Shown piece by piece: positions 1 to 10,200 of a DNA stretch of 64,000 bases; position 1 is the stretch's first letter; the number at the start of each line of letters is the position of its first letter. The DNA is from a virus (lineage: Duplodnaviria > Caudoviricetes), in IMG/VR virus record IMGVR_UViG_3300025357_000008, positions 96,001-160,000 of that record. One strand, 5' to 3'. The position numbers were made by a program, and so were the translations under genes. Below the pieces are notes generated by a model. That model saw only the letters and a list, made by a program, of their open reading frames with translations. It was not told the DNA's origin and did not search any database.

Positions 1-2
1 CC

Positions 3-1172
3 GCTGGTTTTGCGAATGCCGCCTATACTTTAGCAAACACAGTAAATGTATACTCATATAGTGCATACGGTTTTGCAAATACAATTAACGTTTATGCTTA
101 TAGTGCTTATAGCGCACAGAACATAACAGCAAGTTTTGCGAATGCCGCTTTCGCTCAAGCTAATGCGGCCTTTAATCAAGCCAATACAGGTTCAAGTTCT
201 GCACCCGCTTTTAATCAAGCGAATGCCGCATTTATACAAGCAAACAATGCATATAATAAAGCAAATAGTGCTTTAGCAAATACTGGTGGTACTTTAACTG
301 GTTCTCTAGGTATTACAGGTTCGTCATCAAACATTGTTGTTTCTCAGAGTGCGACAGCAAGTGATGTAACAAACACATTCAATCATTTATATACTTTAGG
401 TTTATTCTCTGGTAATACCGACCAGTCAATACAAGTTGGTGCACAGAACTTCGCCAACACAGCAAATTCATCTACCGATTTTGCGTTGTACAATAATATT
501 GGTACCGATACTAATAACTATATTGATTTAGGTATCACAAGTAAAGCATATAATACAACACTAAACGGTTTCACAGCATCACAACCAGGTGACGGATATC
601 TATATTCTAACGGTGTTAACTTATTACTAGGTACATATACACCTGGTACTAATATGAAAGTGTTTATTGGTGGCTATACATCAGCAAACGTTTCTACAAC
701 ATTTAATGCACCGAACACAGCATCAAGTTCAAATACTACAGGCACTCTGCTCGTTCAAGGTGGTGTAGGTGTAACTGGTAATGTATACTCAGATAAGATT
801 TATACAAACGGACTATATTATGCCGCTAACGGTAACCCAATATCAACTGGTGGAGGTGGTGGCACAAGTTTAGTCTATACAGCCGCTACGACACCACCAG
901 CATCAGGAAATAACAAAGGTGACCAGTGGTACAATACTGCAACTAATGTATTGTATGAATGGGCAACTGACGGTACAAGTTACTTCTGGTTAGACACAAT
1001 ATCACCAGTATATTCAAATACTGCAAACGTAAACATAATTACATCTGGTAATGTTAATACTAATGTGGTCTTTGCGAACTCGGTATATATAGGAACTCAA
1101 AATGCAAATTCATATATACAATCATACATTCAACAAAACACGATACATCCACTAATGTTTGTGGGTCTATAG
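3..1172 (+). CDS. tail fibre/virion protein, 5'-truncated (frame is open from the window start, not from 486)
   Basis: Frame open from nt 3 (AGFANAAYTLAN...). ANAAFxQ heptad repeats, a GTLLVQGGVGVTGN fibre motif, a GDQWYN...WLD module and a C-terminal HPLMFVGL. Confidence 0.75.
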   Translation, partial: AGFANAAYTLANTVNVYSYSAYGFANTINVYAYSAYSAQNITASFANAAFAQANAAFNQANTGSSSAPAFNQANAAFIQANNAYNKANSALANTGGTLTGSLGITGSSSNIVVSQSATASDVTNTFNHLYTLGLFSGNTDQSIQVGAQNFANTANSSTDFALYNNIGTDTNNYIDLGITSKAYNTTLNGFTASQPGDGYLYSNGVNLLLGTYTPGTNMKVFIGGYTSANVSTTFNAPNTASSSNTTGTLLVQGGVGVTGNVYSDKIYTNGLYYAANGNPISTGGGGGTSLVYTAATTPPASGNNKGDQWYNTATNVLYEWATDGTSYFWLDTISPVYSNTANVNIITSGNVNTNVVFANSVYIGTQNANSYIQSYIQQNTIHPLMFVGL

Positions 1173-1181
1173 GGGATATCA

Positions 1182-1511
1182 ATGGCAGTTAATTATAAAA
1201 TTTTAGGACAATCTAATCCGGCCGCTAATACTACCACAACAGTATACACGGTTCCTGCGGCCACTCAAACTGTCGTTTCAACTATTCAAGTTTGCAATCT
1301 CTCACCAAACACATCAAGTTTTTCTATAGCGGCACAAAAAGCAGGTGCATCATTAGCAAACTCAATGTATCTTGCATATCAAACACCAATACCTGGTAAC
1401 GATTCAATCAATTACACATTAGGTGTAACTCTTGGTAATACAGATGTAGTATCTGTTTCAGCAAACACAGGGAACATAACATTCTCTTTATTCGGATCTG
1501 AACTTTCATAA
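1182..1511 (+). CDS. small virion connector-like protein (109 aa), paralog of 12461..12790 and 17763..18086
   Basis: YK/R-x-LGQ...YTVP...VCN...FG(S/C)E(L/I) pattern shared with the paralogs; RBS GGGG. Confidence 0.75.
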   Translation: MAVNYKILGQSNPAANTTTTVYTVPAATQTVVSTIQVCNLSPNTSSFSIAAQKAGASLANSMYLAYQTPIPGNDSINYTLGVTLGNTDVVSVSANTGNITFSLFGSELS

Positions 1512-4500
1512 TGGGAATTAGAAGAGCATCAATTGGTACGACAGCCGAAAGAACGGTTAGAAATCAGAGCATATTGCTACCGACTGGTGGTGCTGTTTCT
1601 ACTGGTATAACAACTGTTGTTTATACTGACAGCAATTATAATACGCTAACTGCTAATGCGGCCGCTACAACATACGGTACGTTTAGAATTTTAGGTACCG
1701 GTTTTTCACCAGGTGCAAATGTTTTGGTAGCTAACACAAGTTCAGGAACCATTGCAAACGTCACATCAAATACAACATATATAGGTGCAACTGAAATTCG
1801 TGCAAACGTAAGTGTGACTGCTGGTAACTACGCATTGTACGTTTTTAATCCTAACGGTTCAGCGGCAATCTATTATTCTGGTGTAACATTTCAACCATAT
1901 CCTGTGTGGACAGCAACGAGTTATGCATCTGCCACTACAGTTTCTGTTCAACTTTTAACATCTTCTACTGCTGTCGAACAGCCTATTACATATTCTTTAG
2001 TATCAGGTACGTTACCTACAGGTACAACATTGGCGGCTAACGGTTTAATTAGTGGTACTGCTACAGGTATTCCTAATGCTGGTCAAACATTCACATTTAC
2101 AGTTGCCGCAACAGACATCTATAATGAAACGACACAGGCATCAATCAGTTTAACAATTACGGTAGCTGATGCATATTTTGATTACACTACATTGTTGTTG
2201 AATGGTGAGACTAATTCGAACACTTATATACAAGATGCCGGTGCAAATAATTTTACGCTAACCCCATATGGTTCTTCAACATCAAATAGATTCAGCCCTA
2301 TGTGGGGCGATGGTTATTATGGTAATTCTTTTGATGGTAGTTCTGGGTTTTTAATAACAGCGGCCAATTCTATTCTTGCACCTTCAGCAGATTTTACAGC
2401 AGAGGCTTGGGCATACACTACAATTAATAATAACTTTCAAGGTATAATGAGTACAAGAGATTCCGGTTCAACAACAGGTTGGGGAATCACAATAAATTCA
2501 TCAGGATACTTAGAATTTGTTTGTACTGGTGCAACAGCATATACAGGTACATTAGCACCTTTAAACAGATGGTTTCATGTTGCAATGTCAAAAGTCGGAA
2601 GTACTGTATACTGTTATTTGAATGGTGTTCAAGTTGGAACTTTACCAAGTTCGCCGGCAATTAGCTACAATAGTCTTGGGTTAAGTCTTGGTAGATACTA
2701 TAGTAACGGTAGTAATCAATATTGGTTAAATGGTTATATTAGTAATGCACGTTATATAAATGGAACCGGCATATACACAGGAAGTAGTTTTACAGTTCCT
2801 ACAACACCATTGACAGCGATTGCAAATACTGCTGTCCTAACTTGTCAATCAAATAGATTTATTGATAATGGTCCTAACGGATTGGCAATAACACCGTCAG
2901 GTACAGTTAAAGTAGTACCTAATCAACCATTTGGTTCAATACCAACAACATCAACAGCAAATACAAACAATACTGGTTACTATAGTGCTCAGTTTGATGG
3001 TAGTACGGGGTATTTAAATCTAGGGGGTCAATCGACATTTGCATTTGGCTCTAATAGTTTTACTATTGAGGCTTGGATATACCCATTAACCGCTAGTCAA
3101 ACATCTGTTATAACTGATTTTAGACCCTCAGGAGGTAGCGGAGTATATCAATTATTTTATTTAAATTCAGGTGCTTTAACTTATTGGGTAAACGGCACAG
3201 GTGTTATTGTAGGAAGCTCGCCAGTTGCTGGCGTATGGAGCCACGTTGCAGTAGTAAGGAACGGTACAAGTACAATTATGTATTTAAATGGTGTTCAAAC
3301 AGGTTCTACGTATTCAGATTCTAATAGTTATCTTAATGGCGCCAACGCTCCAGTAATTGGAGGTTTAGGCTATACGAGAGGCCAAAACATTTTTAACGGC
3401 TATATTTCTAACTTTCGTATTGTTAATGGTACCGCAGTATATACTTCAAACTTCACCCCACCGACCACACCACTAACAGCAGTTACAAATACTTCTCTAT
3501 TAACATTACAAAATTCTGTTATTGTTGATAACTCTGCAAATGCATTTACTTTGACACCGACTGGTTCAGTTATAGTATCTAAGAATCAACCATTTGCTTC
3601 ACCGACAGTTACAAGTAATACTATAACACCAAGTGTTTATGGTAGCGTATTGCTTGATGGATCAACAGGATACATGCAAGTACAAGAATCATCTAATCCT
3701 GCATTTGCACTTTCAGGTGATTTTACAATTGAATTGTGGTATTATCCAACAGGTACATCAGGTGGTTACATATACGCACAAACTGTAAGTGGTACAAATT
3801 GGTGTATTATTGGTGCAAGTACTACAACATTAACTGCCGCACAATTTACCGCAACAACGAGTGGTGCTGGCACCGCACAGAATAGTGCGGCAGTTGGAAA
3901 TCCATATTCATGGAATCACTTAGCAGTTTGTAGAAAAAGTGGACAAGTAACTGTCTACTTAAATGGTGTTGGTGGTACATCAGTTACAAATACAACATCA
4001 ATACCATCAACATACTTACCAACCATTAGCGGTTATTCACATTCACAAACAGGTTTATTTGCTGGTTATATTTCAAACATTAGGGTAATTAACGGTACCG
4101 CAGTTTATACGAATAACTTTATACCCCCAACTAGCCCACTAACAGCAGTTGCAAATACATCAGTATTATCATTGCAATATAAAAATTCAGCAAATAACAA
4201 TGTGTATTATGATGACAGCCCAAATAATTTAGTAATTTCTAGAACAGGCATTCCAACACAAGGTACATTTAGCCCATTTAGTCCAACAGGATGGAGTAAT
4301 TACTTAGGTGGTTCTGGTTACTATATTGTTTCAAATTCAACCCCAATATCAACAACAACTTCAACATTCACTATTGAAGGTTGGATAAACATGTCGGCAA
4401 CGCCAGGAGGTTCTGCAAATCCTGCTTTGATTGGTGACATGAACCCAACTGCGGGAACTTGTAATTGGAGTTTTGGACCTAATAACTCAAACGTTTTAGA

Positions 4501-6154
4501 ATTATATGTTGTTGGTGGAACATCTTATACTATTACCGGAAACACAGTAATGTCTTTAGGTACTTGGTATCATGTTGCTGTTTCGGTAAACTCAAATTCA
4601 GTTTCAATGTATGTAAATGGTGTACAGCAAACATTAACTGGCGGCTCGACAATTGTAAATAGAAGCGGTTCTATAGGTTATTTGACTATGGGACAATGGA
4701 ATAGCGGTTCATTTAATTACGCCGGATATGTTAGTAATTTAAGAATATCGAATGTCGCATTATATTCTTCTTCATTCACACCAAGCACAGCACCATTAAC
4801 TGCAATATCTAGTACAGTATTTTTGACTGCCCAGAATAATGGTTTTGTTGATAACTCGACAAACGGGTATAGATTAACTGCAACACAAGCCTCTGTTCAA
4901 GCAGTTTCACCTTTTGCACCAGGCGTCATATACAATCCAGCAGTACATGGGGCAAGTTCATATCACTATAGCGGAAATTATATTTATGGTAGTAATCAGA
5001 TATTCAACGTAAGTAGTCCATCAATGCAATGGCAATTTGAGTGTTGGGTTTATCCAGTAAATCAATCATTCTTCTTTTGTATTGGTAACGGTGGTGCGTA
5101 TGGAAATTCATTCAATTGCGGATTTCAAGGTAATCAATTTACTTTTACTCAGGGTAATGGCAGTAATGGAACAGTAGCAACTCTTAATTCAACAACAAAT
5201 ACTTATAATTATAATCAATGGTATCATTTTGCGATAACTAAAAACGCATCAGGTGTTATTACAATGTGGGTTAATGGTACTTCTCAAGGTACTGTAACTA
5301 ATACATCAGGAACTGCCGCTTCAGGCACAACATTTATTATTTGTGGATTATATGATAATGGTGGATTAGGTTATAGTGGTTTCAGCGGTGGTTCATTTGT
5401 TAGTTATTTTAGTATTGCTAACCCGAGATTTATTGCCGGTGCTCCAATTTATACATCTGCATTTACACCACCTACTGCACCTGTAACTGCTGTTGCGAAT
5501 ACAGCATTGCTATTGAATTTTACTAACACAGGTATTCAAGATGCTACAGGTAAAAATAATATTATAACTTATGGTTCTGCAAAGACTCAAGCAAACACAA
5601 CTAAGTTTGGAACTGGTGCATTGTATTTTGATGGTTCAACTGGATATTGTTCATTCCCTAATGCATTTCCAACCAGCCCTTATTTAAATCTTGGTTCAAA
5701 TAATTTTACAATTGAGTTTTGGTTATATCCTATAACTTTTTCAAATGGTAGTGCATTTTTAACTAAAGGATGGACCGGAAGTTATGGTTCATTTTTGTTT
5801 TATTATTACAACAATACAACACCTCAAATTTATTTTTACGCAGGCTCAAATAATTCTGCATGGGATATTGTAAATGGTGTTTCGATAAATTCAAATTTAA
5901 GTTCAAATACTTGGACACATATTGCAGTAACTCGTTCAGGTAGTAACTTTTATTTGTTCTCAAATGGTGTTTTAACCAATACTGTAACGTCATCGGCTTC
6001 AATATATAACAGTACTGCACCGGTAACAGTCGGTGGTGATAACTCTGGAGGTCATTTATCTAATTGTTATATTGACGATTTAAGAATCACAAATGGTGTT
6101 GCACGATATACATCAACCTTTACCCCAACATCATTAGCTTTTTTAACACAATAA
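1511..6154 (+). CDS. large multi-LamG (concanavalin A-like lectin) receptor-binding/tail fibre protein
   Basis: About 6 repeats of FTIExWxY...WxHxA...YxNG...GYISNxR; N-terminal Ig-like region (YSLVSGTLPTGTTLAANGLISGT). Confidence 0.85.
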   Translation: MGIRRASIGTTAERTVRNQSILLPTGGAVSTGITTVVYTDSNYNTLTANAAATTYGTFRILGTGFSPGANVLVANTSSGTIANVTSNTTYIGATEIRANVSVTAGNYALYVFNPNGSAAIYYSGVTFQPYPVWTATSYASATTVSVQLLTSSTAVEQPITYSLVSGTLPTGTTLAANGLISGTATGIPNAGQTFTFTVAATDIYNETTQASISLTITVADAYFDYTTLLLNGETNSNTYIQDAGANNFTLTPYGSSTSNRFSPMWGDGYYGNSFDGSSGFLITAANSILAPSADFTAEAWAYTTINNNFQGIMSTRDSGSTTGWGITINSSGYLEFVCTGATAYTGTLAPLNRWFHVAMSKVGSTVYCYLNGVQVGTLPSSPAISYNSLGLSLGRYYSNGSNQYWLNGYISNARYINGTGIYTGSSFTVPTTPLTAIANTAVLTCQSNRFIDNGPNGLAITPSGTVKVVPNQPFGSIPTTSTANTNNTGYYSAQFDGSTGYLNLGGQSTFAFGSNSFTIEAWIYPLTASQTSVITDFRPSGGSGVYQLFYLNSGALTYWVNGTGVIVGSSPVAGVWSHVAVVRNGTSTIMYLNGVQTGSTYSDSNSYLNGANAPVIGGLGYTRGQNIFNGYISNFRIVNGTAVYTSNFTPPTTPLTAVTNTSLLTLQNSVIVDNSANAFTLTPTGSVIVSKNQPFASPTVTSNTITPSVYGSVLLDGSTGYMQVQESSNPAFALSGDFTIELWYYPTGTSGGYIYAQTVSGTNWCIIGASTTTLTAAQFTATTSGAGTAQNSAAVGNPYSWNHLAVCRKSGQVTVYLNGVGGTSVTNTTSIPSTYLPTISGYSHSQTGLFAGYISNIRVINGTAVYTNNFIPPTSPLTAVANTSVLSLQYKNSANNNVYYDDSPNNLVISRTGIPTQGTFSPFSPTGWSNYLGGSGYYIVSNSTPISTTTSTFTIEGWINMSATPGGSANPALIGDMNPTAGTCNWSFGPNNSNVLELYVVGGTSYTITGNTVMSLGTWYHVAVSVNSNSVSMYVNGVQQTLTGGSTIVNRSGSIGYLTMGQWNSGSFNYAGYVSNLRISNVALYSSSFTPSTAPLTAISSTVFLTAQNNGFVDNSTNGYRLTATQASVQAVSPFAPGVIYNPAVHGASSYHYSGNYIYGSNQIFNVSSPSMQWQFECWVYPVNQSFFFCIGNGGAYGNSFNCGFQGNQFTFTQGNGSNGTVATLNSTTNTYNYNQWYHFAITKNASGVITMWVNGTSQGTVTNTSGTAASGTTFIICGLYDNGGLGYSGFSGGSFVSYFSIANPRFIAGAPIYTSAFTPPTAPVTAVANTALLLNFTNTGIQDATGKNNIITYGSAKTQANTTKFGTGALYFDGSTGYCSFPNAFPTSPYLNLGSNNFTIEFWLYPITFSNGSAFLTKGWTGSYGSFLFYYYNNTTPQIYFYAGSNNSAWDIVNGVSINSNLSSNTWTHIAVTRSGSNFYLFSNGVLTNTVTSSASIYNSTAPVTVGGDNSGGHLSNCYIDDLRITNGVARYTSTFTPTSLAFLTQ

Positions 6155-6180
6155 ATAGAACATAAAAGGAGAAAATTGAG

Positions 6181-6576
6181 ATGAGTCATTTTGCACAGAT
6201 AGATGCTAACAACATTGTTACCAGAGTTCTTGTCATTGAACAAGACATGGTAAACACTGGTCTATTTGGAGAGCCTAATACCTTCATTCAGACCTCATAC
6301 AATACAAGAAACGGTATTCATTATGATCCTGTTACAGGTCAAGAAGACAGCGGTACTGCATTGAGATATAGATATGCTGGTATCGGTATGGTTTATGACA
6401 GAGCAAATGACGTTTTCGCATTACCAAAACCAGAAGGTATGAACAGTTGGGTTTACTCAAGCAACACATGGGCTTGGAAACCTCCTGTTGACATGCCTAC
6501 AGATGCAGTACCACCAAATTATTACAGATGGGAAGAGTCTAACACTTCTTGGATTCTAATAACAGTAACACAATAA
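6181..6576 (+). CDS. conserved phage protein, possibly tail-fibre associated
   Basis: MSHFAQID...QTSYN...RYRYAGIG...W..P pattern typical of genes next to fibre genes; RBS AGGAG. Confidence 0.65.
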   Translation: MSHFAQIDANNIVTRVLVIEQDMVNTGLFGEPNTFIQTSYNTRNGIHYDPVTGQEDSGTALRYRYAGIGMVYDRANDVFALPKPEGMNSWVYSSNTWAWKPPVDMPTDAVPPNYYRWEESNTSWILITVTQ

Positions 6577-6577
6577 C

Positions 6578-6910
6578 ATGGCATTTCCAACCTCACCCAC
6601 TAACGGTCAAACAGCAGTAGTAAATGGTATTTCATATACCTATAACTCTACGACTAATTCGTGGGGAAGAGTTGCTCAAAGTGTCCGAATCACATACACA
6701 GCGAGTCCTACACCACCTACAAATCCACTTCAAGGTGACCAGTGGTACAATAATACGACTGATGTGCTTTACGAATACACAAACGATACCGTTTCATCTT
6801 ATTGGTTAGACATACAGACACCAGCATTTGTTGGTTCAAACGCAACAACAGTTACAGGAGTATCGACAGGTAAATCACTTGCTATGTCGGTATTATTCGG
6901 AGCACAATAA
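6578..6910 (+). CDS. small virion adaptor protein
   Basis: MAFPTSPTNGQ N-terminus, GDQWYN...WLD module, C-terminal TGKSLAMSVLFG. Confidence 0.7.
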   Translation: MAFPTSPTNGQTAVVNGISYTYNSTTNSWGRVAQSVRITYTASPTPPTNPLQGDQWYNNTTDVLYEYTNDTVSSYWLDIQTPAFVGSNATTVTGVSTGKSLAMSVLFGAQ

Positions 6911-7260
6911 TGACAACCCCTAATCTAGTTCAAATCAATTATCTAAACGGCAATACAGCAGTACAAAACGTTACGACAACTGCAACTGCTATTATTTCAA
7001 ATGCAAATAATTCAAATCAATTGTTTAGAATTGACAGTTTAGTTGTTGCAAATTATTCTACGAACGTTCAATATATTACCGCAGACATATACAGAAACAA
7101 TGTACCTTATATTATTGTTTCAAATATTTCAATGCCGGCAAATACAACCTTCGGTGTCTTTGATAGAATCTTCTATGCAAATGAAGGTGATGCAATTCGT
7201 CTAACAGCAAGTAACAACGGCACACTTCAAGCAGTTGCAACATACGAGGTAATGGGTTAA
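6910..7260 (+). CDS. small virion connector-like protein (116 aa)
   Basis: Beta-rich, similar size and position to the 107-109 aa connectors; overlaps both neighbours (TAATG). Confidence 0.7.
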   Translation: MTTPNLVQINYLNGNTAVQNVTTTATAIISNANNSNQLFRIDSLVVANYSTNVQYITADIYRNNVPYIIVSNISMPANTTFGVFDRIFYANEGDAIRLTASNNGTLQAVATYEVMG

Positions 7261-10200
7261 TGTTTAATGGTGGATTTAAAGGTGTAAGAGCGGCTGATGG
7301 CGCCGGCTTTGTCTCGGCTAGAGATGTTGCCGTTCAGCAGAGTAGTCCACAACCTAAAATAACTTCTTGGGCATACACTAATGGTGCTTATGTGCCTTAT
7401 CCCGATACTGCTATTGCTGGTGGTGAAACTATAGTTATTTACGGTTCAGGCTTTCAAAGTAACGCTAACGTAGTTATTGGTGGCACAACAATAACAAGCA
7501 CAAGACTAGATCCAAATAGAATTACATTTACTGCACCATCTTTGAGTGCTGGTTCTTATCCTCTTTATGTTGCGAATCCTGGTGGTGGTACAGCAGTTTA
7601 TTTACCTGGAGTAGTATACAATAGTTATCCAGTTTTTAATTCAACGTCATATGCAAATACATTTGTATCAGCAACAACGTCTGTAGGTTTTAGTTTGAAT
7701 GTCACTGGTTCTCCAAGTTTAACATTTAGTTTACAAAGCGGTTCGAGTTTACCAACAGGATTGACTTTAGCGGCTAACGGATACATTTCAGGTAGTACGA
7801 CAGTATCAAATACAACAGTATACAATTTTACTGTTATTGCAACAGATTCATATGCACAAGCAACTCAGGCATCTATAACATATACAATTACATATGTTAT
7901 TTCTGATACATATTTTAATTCTACAACATTGTTATTAAACGGTGAGACTAATACAAATACATATATTCAAGATATAAGTACAAACAATTTTGCGTTGACA
8001 CCCATCGGTGCGGCAACACCAAATAGATTTAGCCCTCTATGGGGAAATGGATATTATGGTGTTGATTTTTTTTATGGTGGCTTTCAAACACCTGCAAGTA
8101 GTTTAACAAATATTACTGGAAGTTTTACTTCAACCTCAACGTTTACAATTGAGACGTTTGTTAAAATGAACGCATTGCCGGCTTCAACGGGCGTTAATCT
8201 TGTTGGTGATATGCAAGTTACATCAACATTAAATTATTGGTCATTTCAGATTAATACTTCAGGACAGTTACAACTATATTGGTACAACGGTTCAGTACAA
8301 ACAGCAGTTGGTAATACTGTAATGGTGCCTGGTTCTTGGTATCATGTAGCAGTTTCAATTTCATCCGGTGCTATTAAATTATTTGTGAATGGTGTTTTAC
8401 AAACTATAACAGGAACAACTACGACATCAACACCAACAGGTTCAACTTCATATATTTCTGTTGGTGAATATAATTCTTATGGTTTTAATGGTACTTTAAG
8501 TAATCTTAGAATTTCAAGTACGGCATTATATTCAACAACATTTACCGCACCAACATCACCATTAACATCACAAGCAAATACTACTTTCTTGTCATGCCTA
8601 TCAAATCAATTTTCAGACATTGGTCCAAATAGTTATGCATTAACATTAAGTTCAACACCAAAAGTGGTTGCAAGTCAACCATTTGCGACATTACCAACAA
8701 CATCAACAGCAAATACAAACGGTCAAGGATATTATAGCGGTGCAATTCTTGGTGGTAGCAATTTACTAACTTATCCAACTTCATTAAATTTAGGTACTGC
8801 ACCATTTACAATTGAATTTTGGTTCTATATTTCGAATCTTGGTAATAGCGGCATTTATTTTTTGTATGATTATATCAATAACAGTTCAAGATGGACAGTA
8901 CAATGGAACGGACCCGGATGGGCAATTGGGCATTATGATGGAGGTAGTTGGATATATACTGCAACTTCAACAAGTTCAGTAACACTAGGACAATGGACGC
9001 ATTTAGCAATTACTAGAGATTCTAGTAGTACAATGAGAGTGTATGTGAATGGTGTTTTAGGTGCTACGACTGCAAACTTTACAAGAAACTTTACAAATTC
9101 TGGTAGTTCAAAAACAATTCTAAATGACCCTACTGGTGATGGTACAGCAACTGGTTTCATGTCAAATCTACGTATCGTTAACGGTACTGCCTTGTATACC
9201 GGAAGCAGTTTTACACCAAGCACGACACCATTAACTGCTGTTGCCGGTACTACAATGTTGACATTACAAAATTCAACATTCATTGACAACTCAGCAAACA
9301 ATAATGTATTTACTCCAACAGGTTTGCCTTATGTGTCTCAGAATCAACCGTTTGCATCACCAACAGTTACAAGTAATACTATAACACCTAACATATACGG
9401 TTCTGGATATTTGGATGGTAGTACTGGATATCTAACAACACCAGCGGGAAGTTATGCTGATTTTGGTAGTAACGCATTTACTGTTGAGTGCTGGATATAT
9501 ACAACAGTAACTTCAACGCAACAAGTTATAGCGTTTCATGGTTGGTCTGGATCAGGAGGGTATAACAATGGTTGGAATTTGCAAATTAATACTAGCAACC
9601 AAATAGCTTTTTATGCTAACGGCACATTAGTAGCGTTTACTGATTTAGTAATATCACCAAATAACTGGACGCATATTGCAGTAGTTGGTTCAGGTGGAGT
9701 ACTGTCAGCTTATAAAAATGGAATAAAAAGCACAGTTACAAACACTTACACTTCTATTGTAGCTAGAGCAACTGCGACTACTGTATTAGGCGGATGGAAT
9801 AATACAAATGAAAATATTGCTGAAAGATATTGGTATGCAGGATACATTAGTAATTTTAGAATAGTCAATGGTACTGCACTATATACGAATACTTTTTTAC
9901 CACCAAATCAACCAGTAACACCAATTTCTAATACGCAATTATTATCATTGCAATATAAAAATTCAGCAAATAATAATGTGTTCTACGATGATTCTGTTAA
10001 TAATTGGCCTTTAACTAGAACCGGTGCCGCAACACAAGGAACATTTACACCATTCACTCAAACAGGATGGAGTAATTATTTCGACCAAGGTATCGGTGGA
10101 TTTATATCAACACCAGGTAACCCCACACAATTACAATTAGGTTCAAATAACTTTACAGTAGAATGTTGGTTCTTTATGACGGCCGCACCGACTTGGTCCG

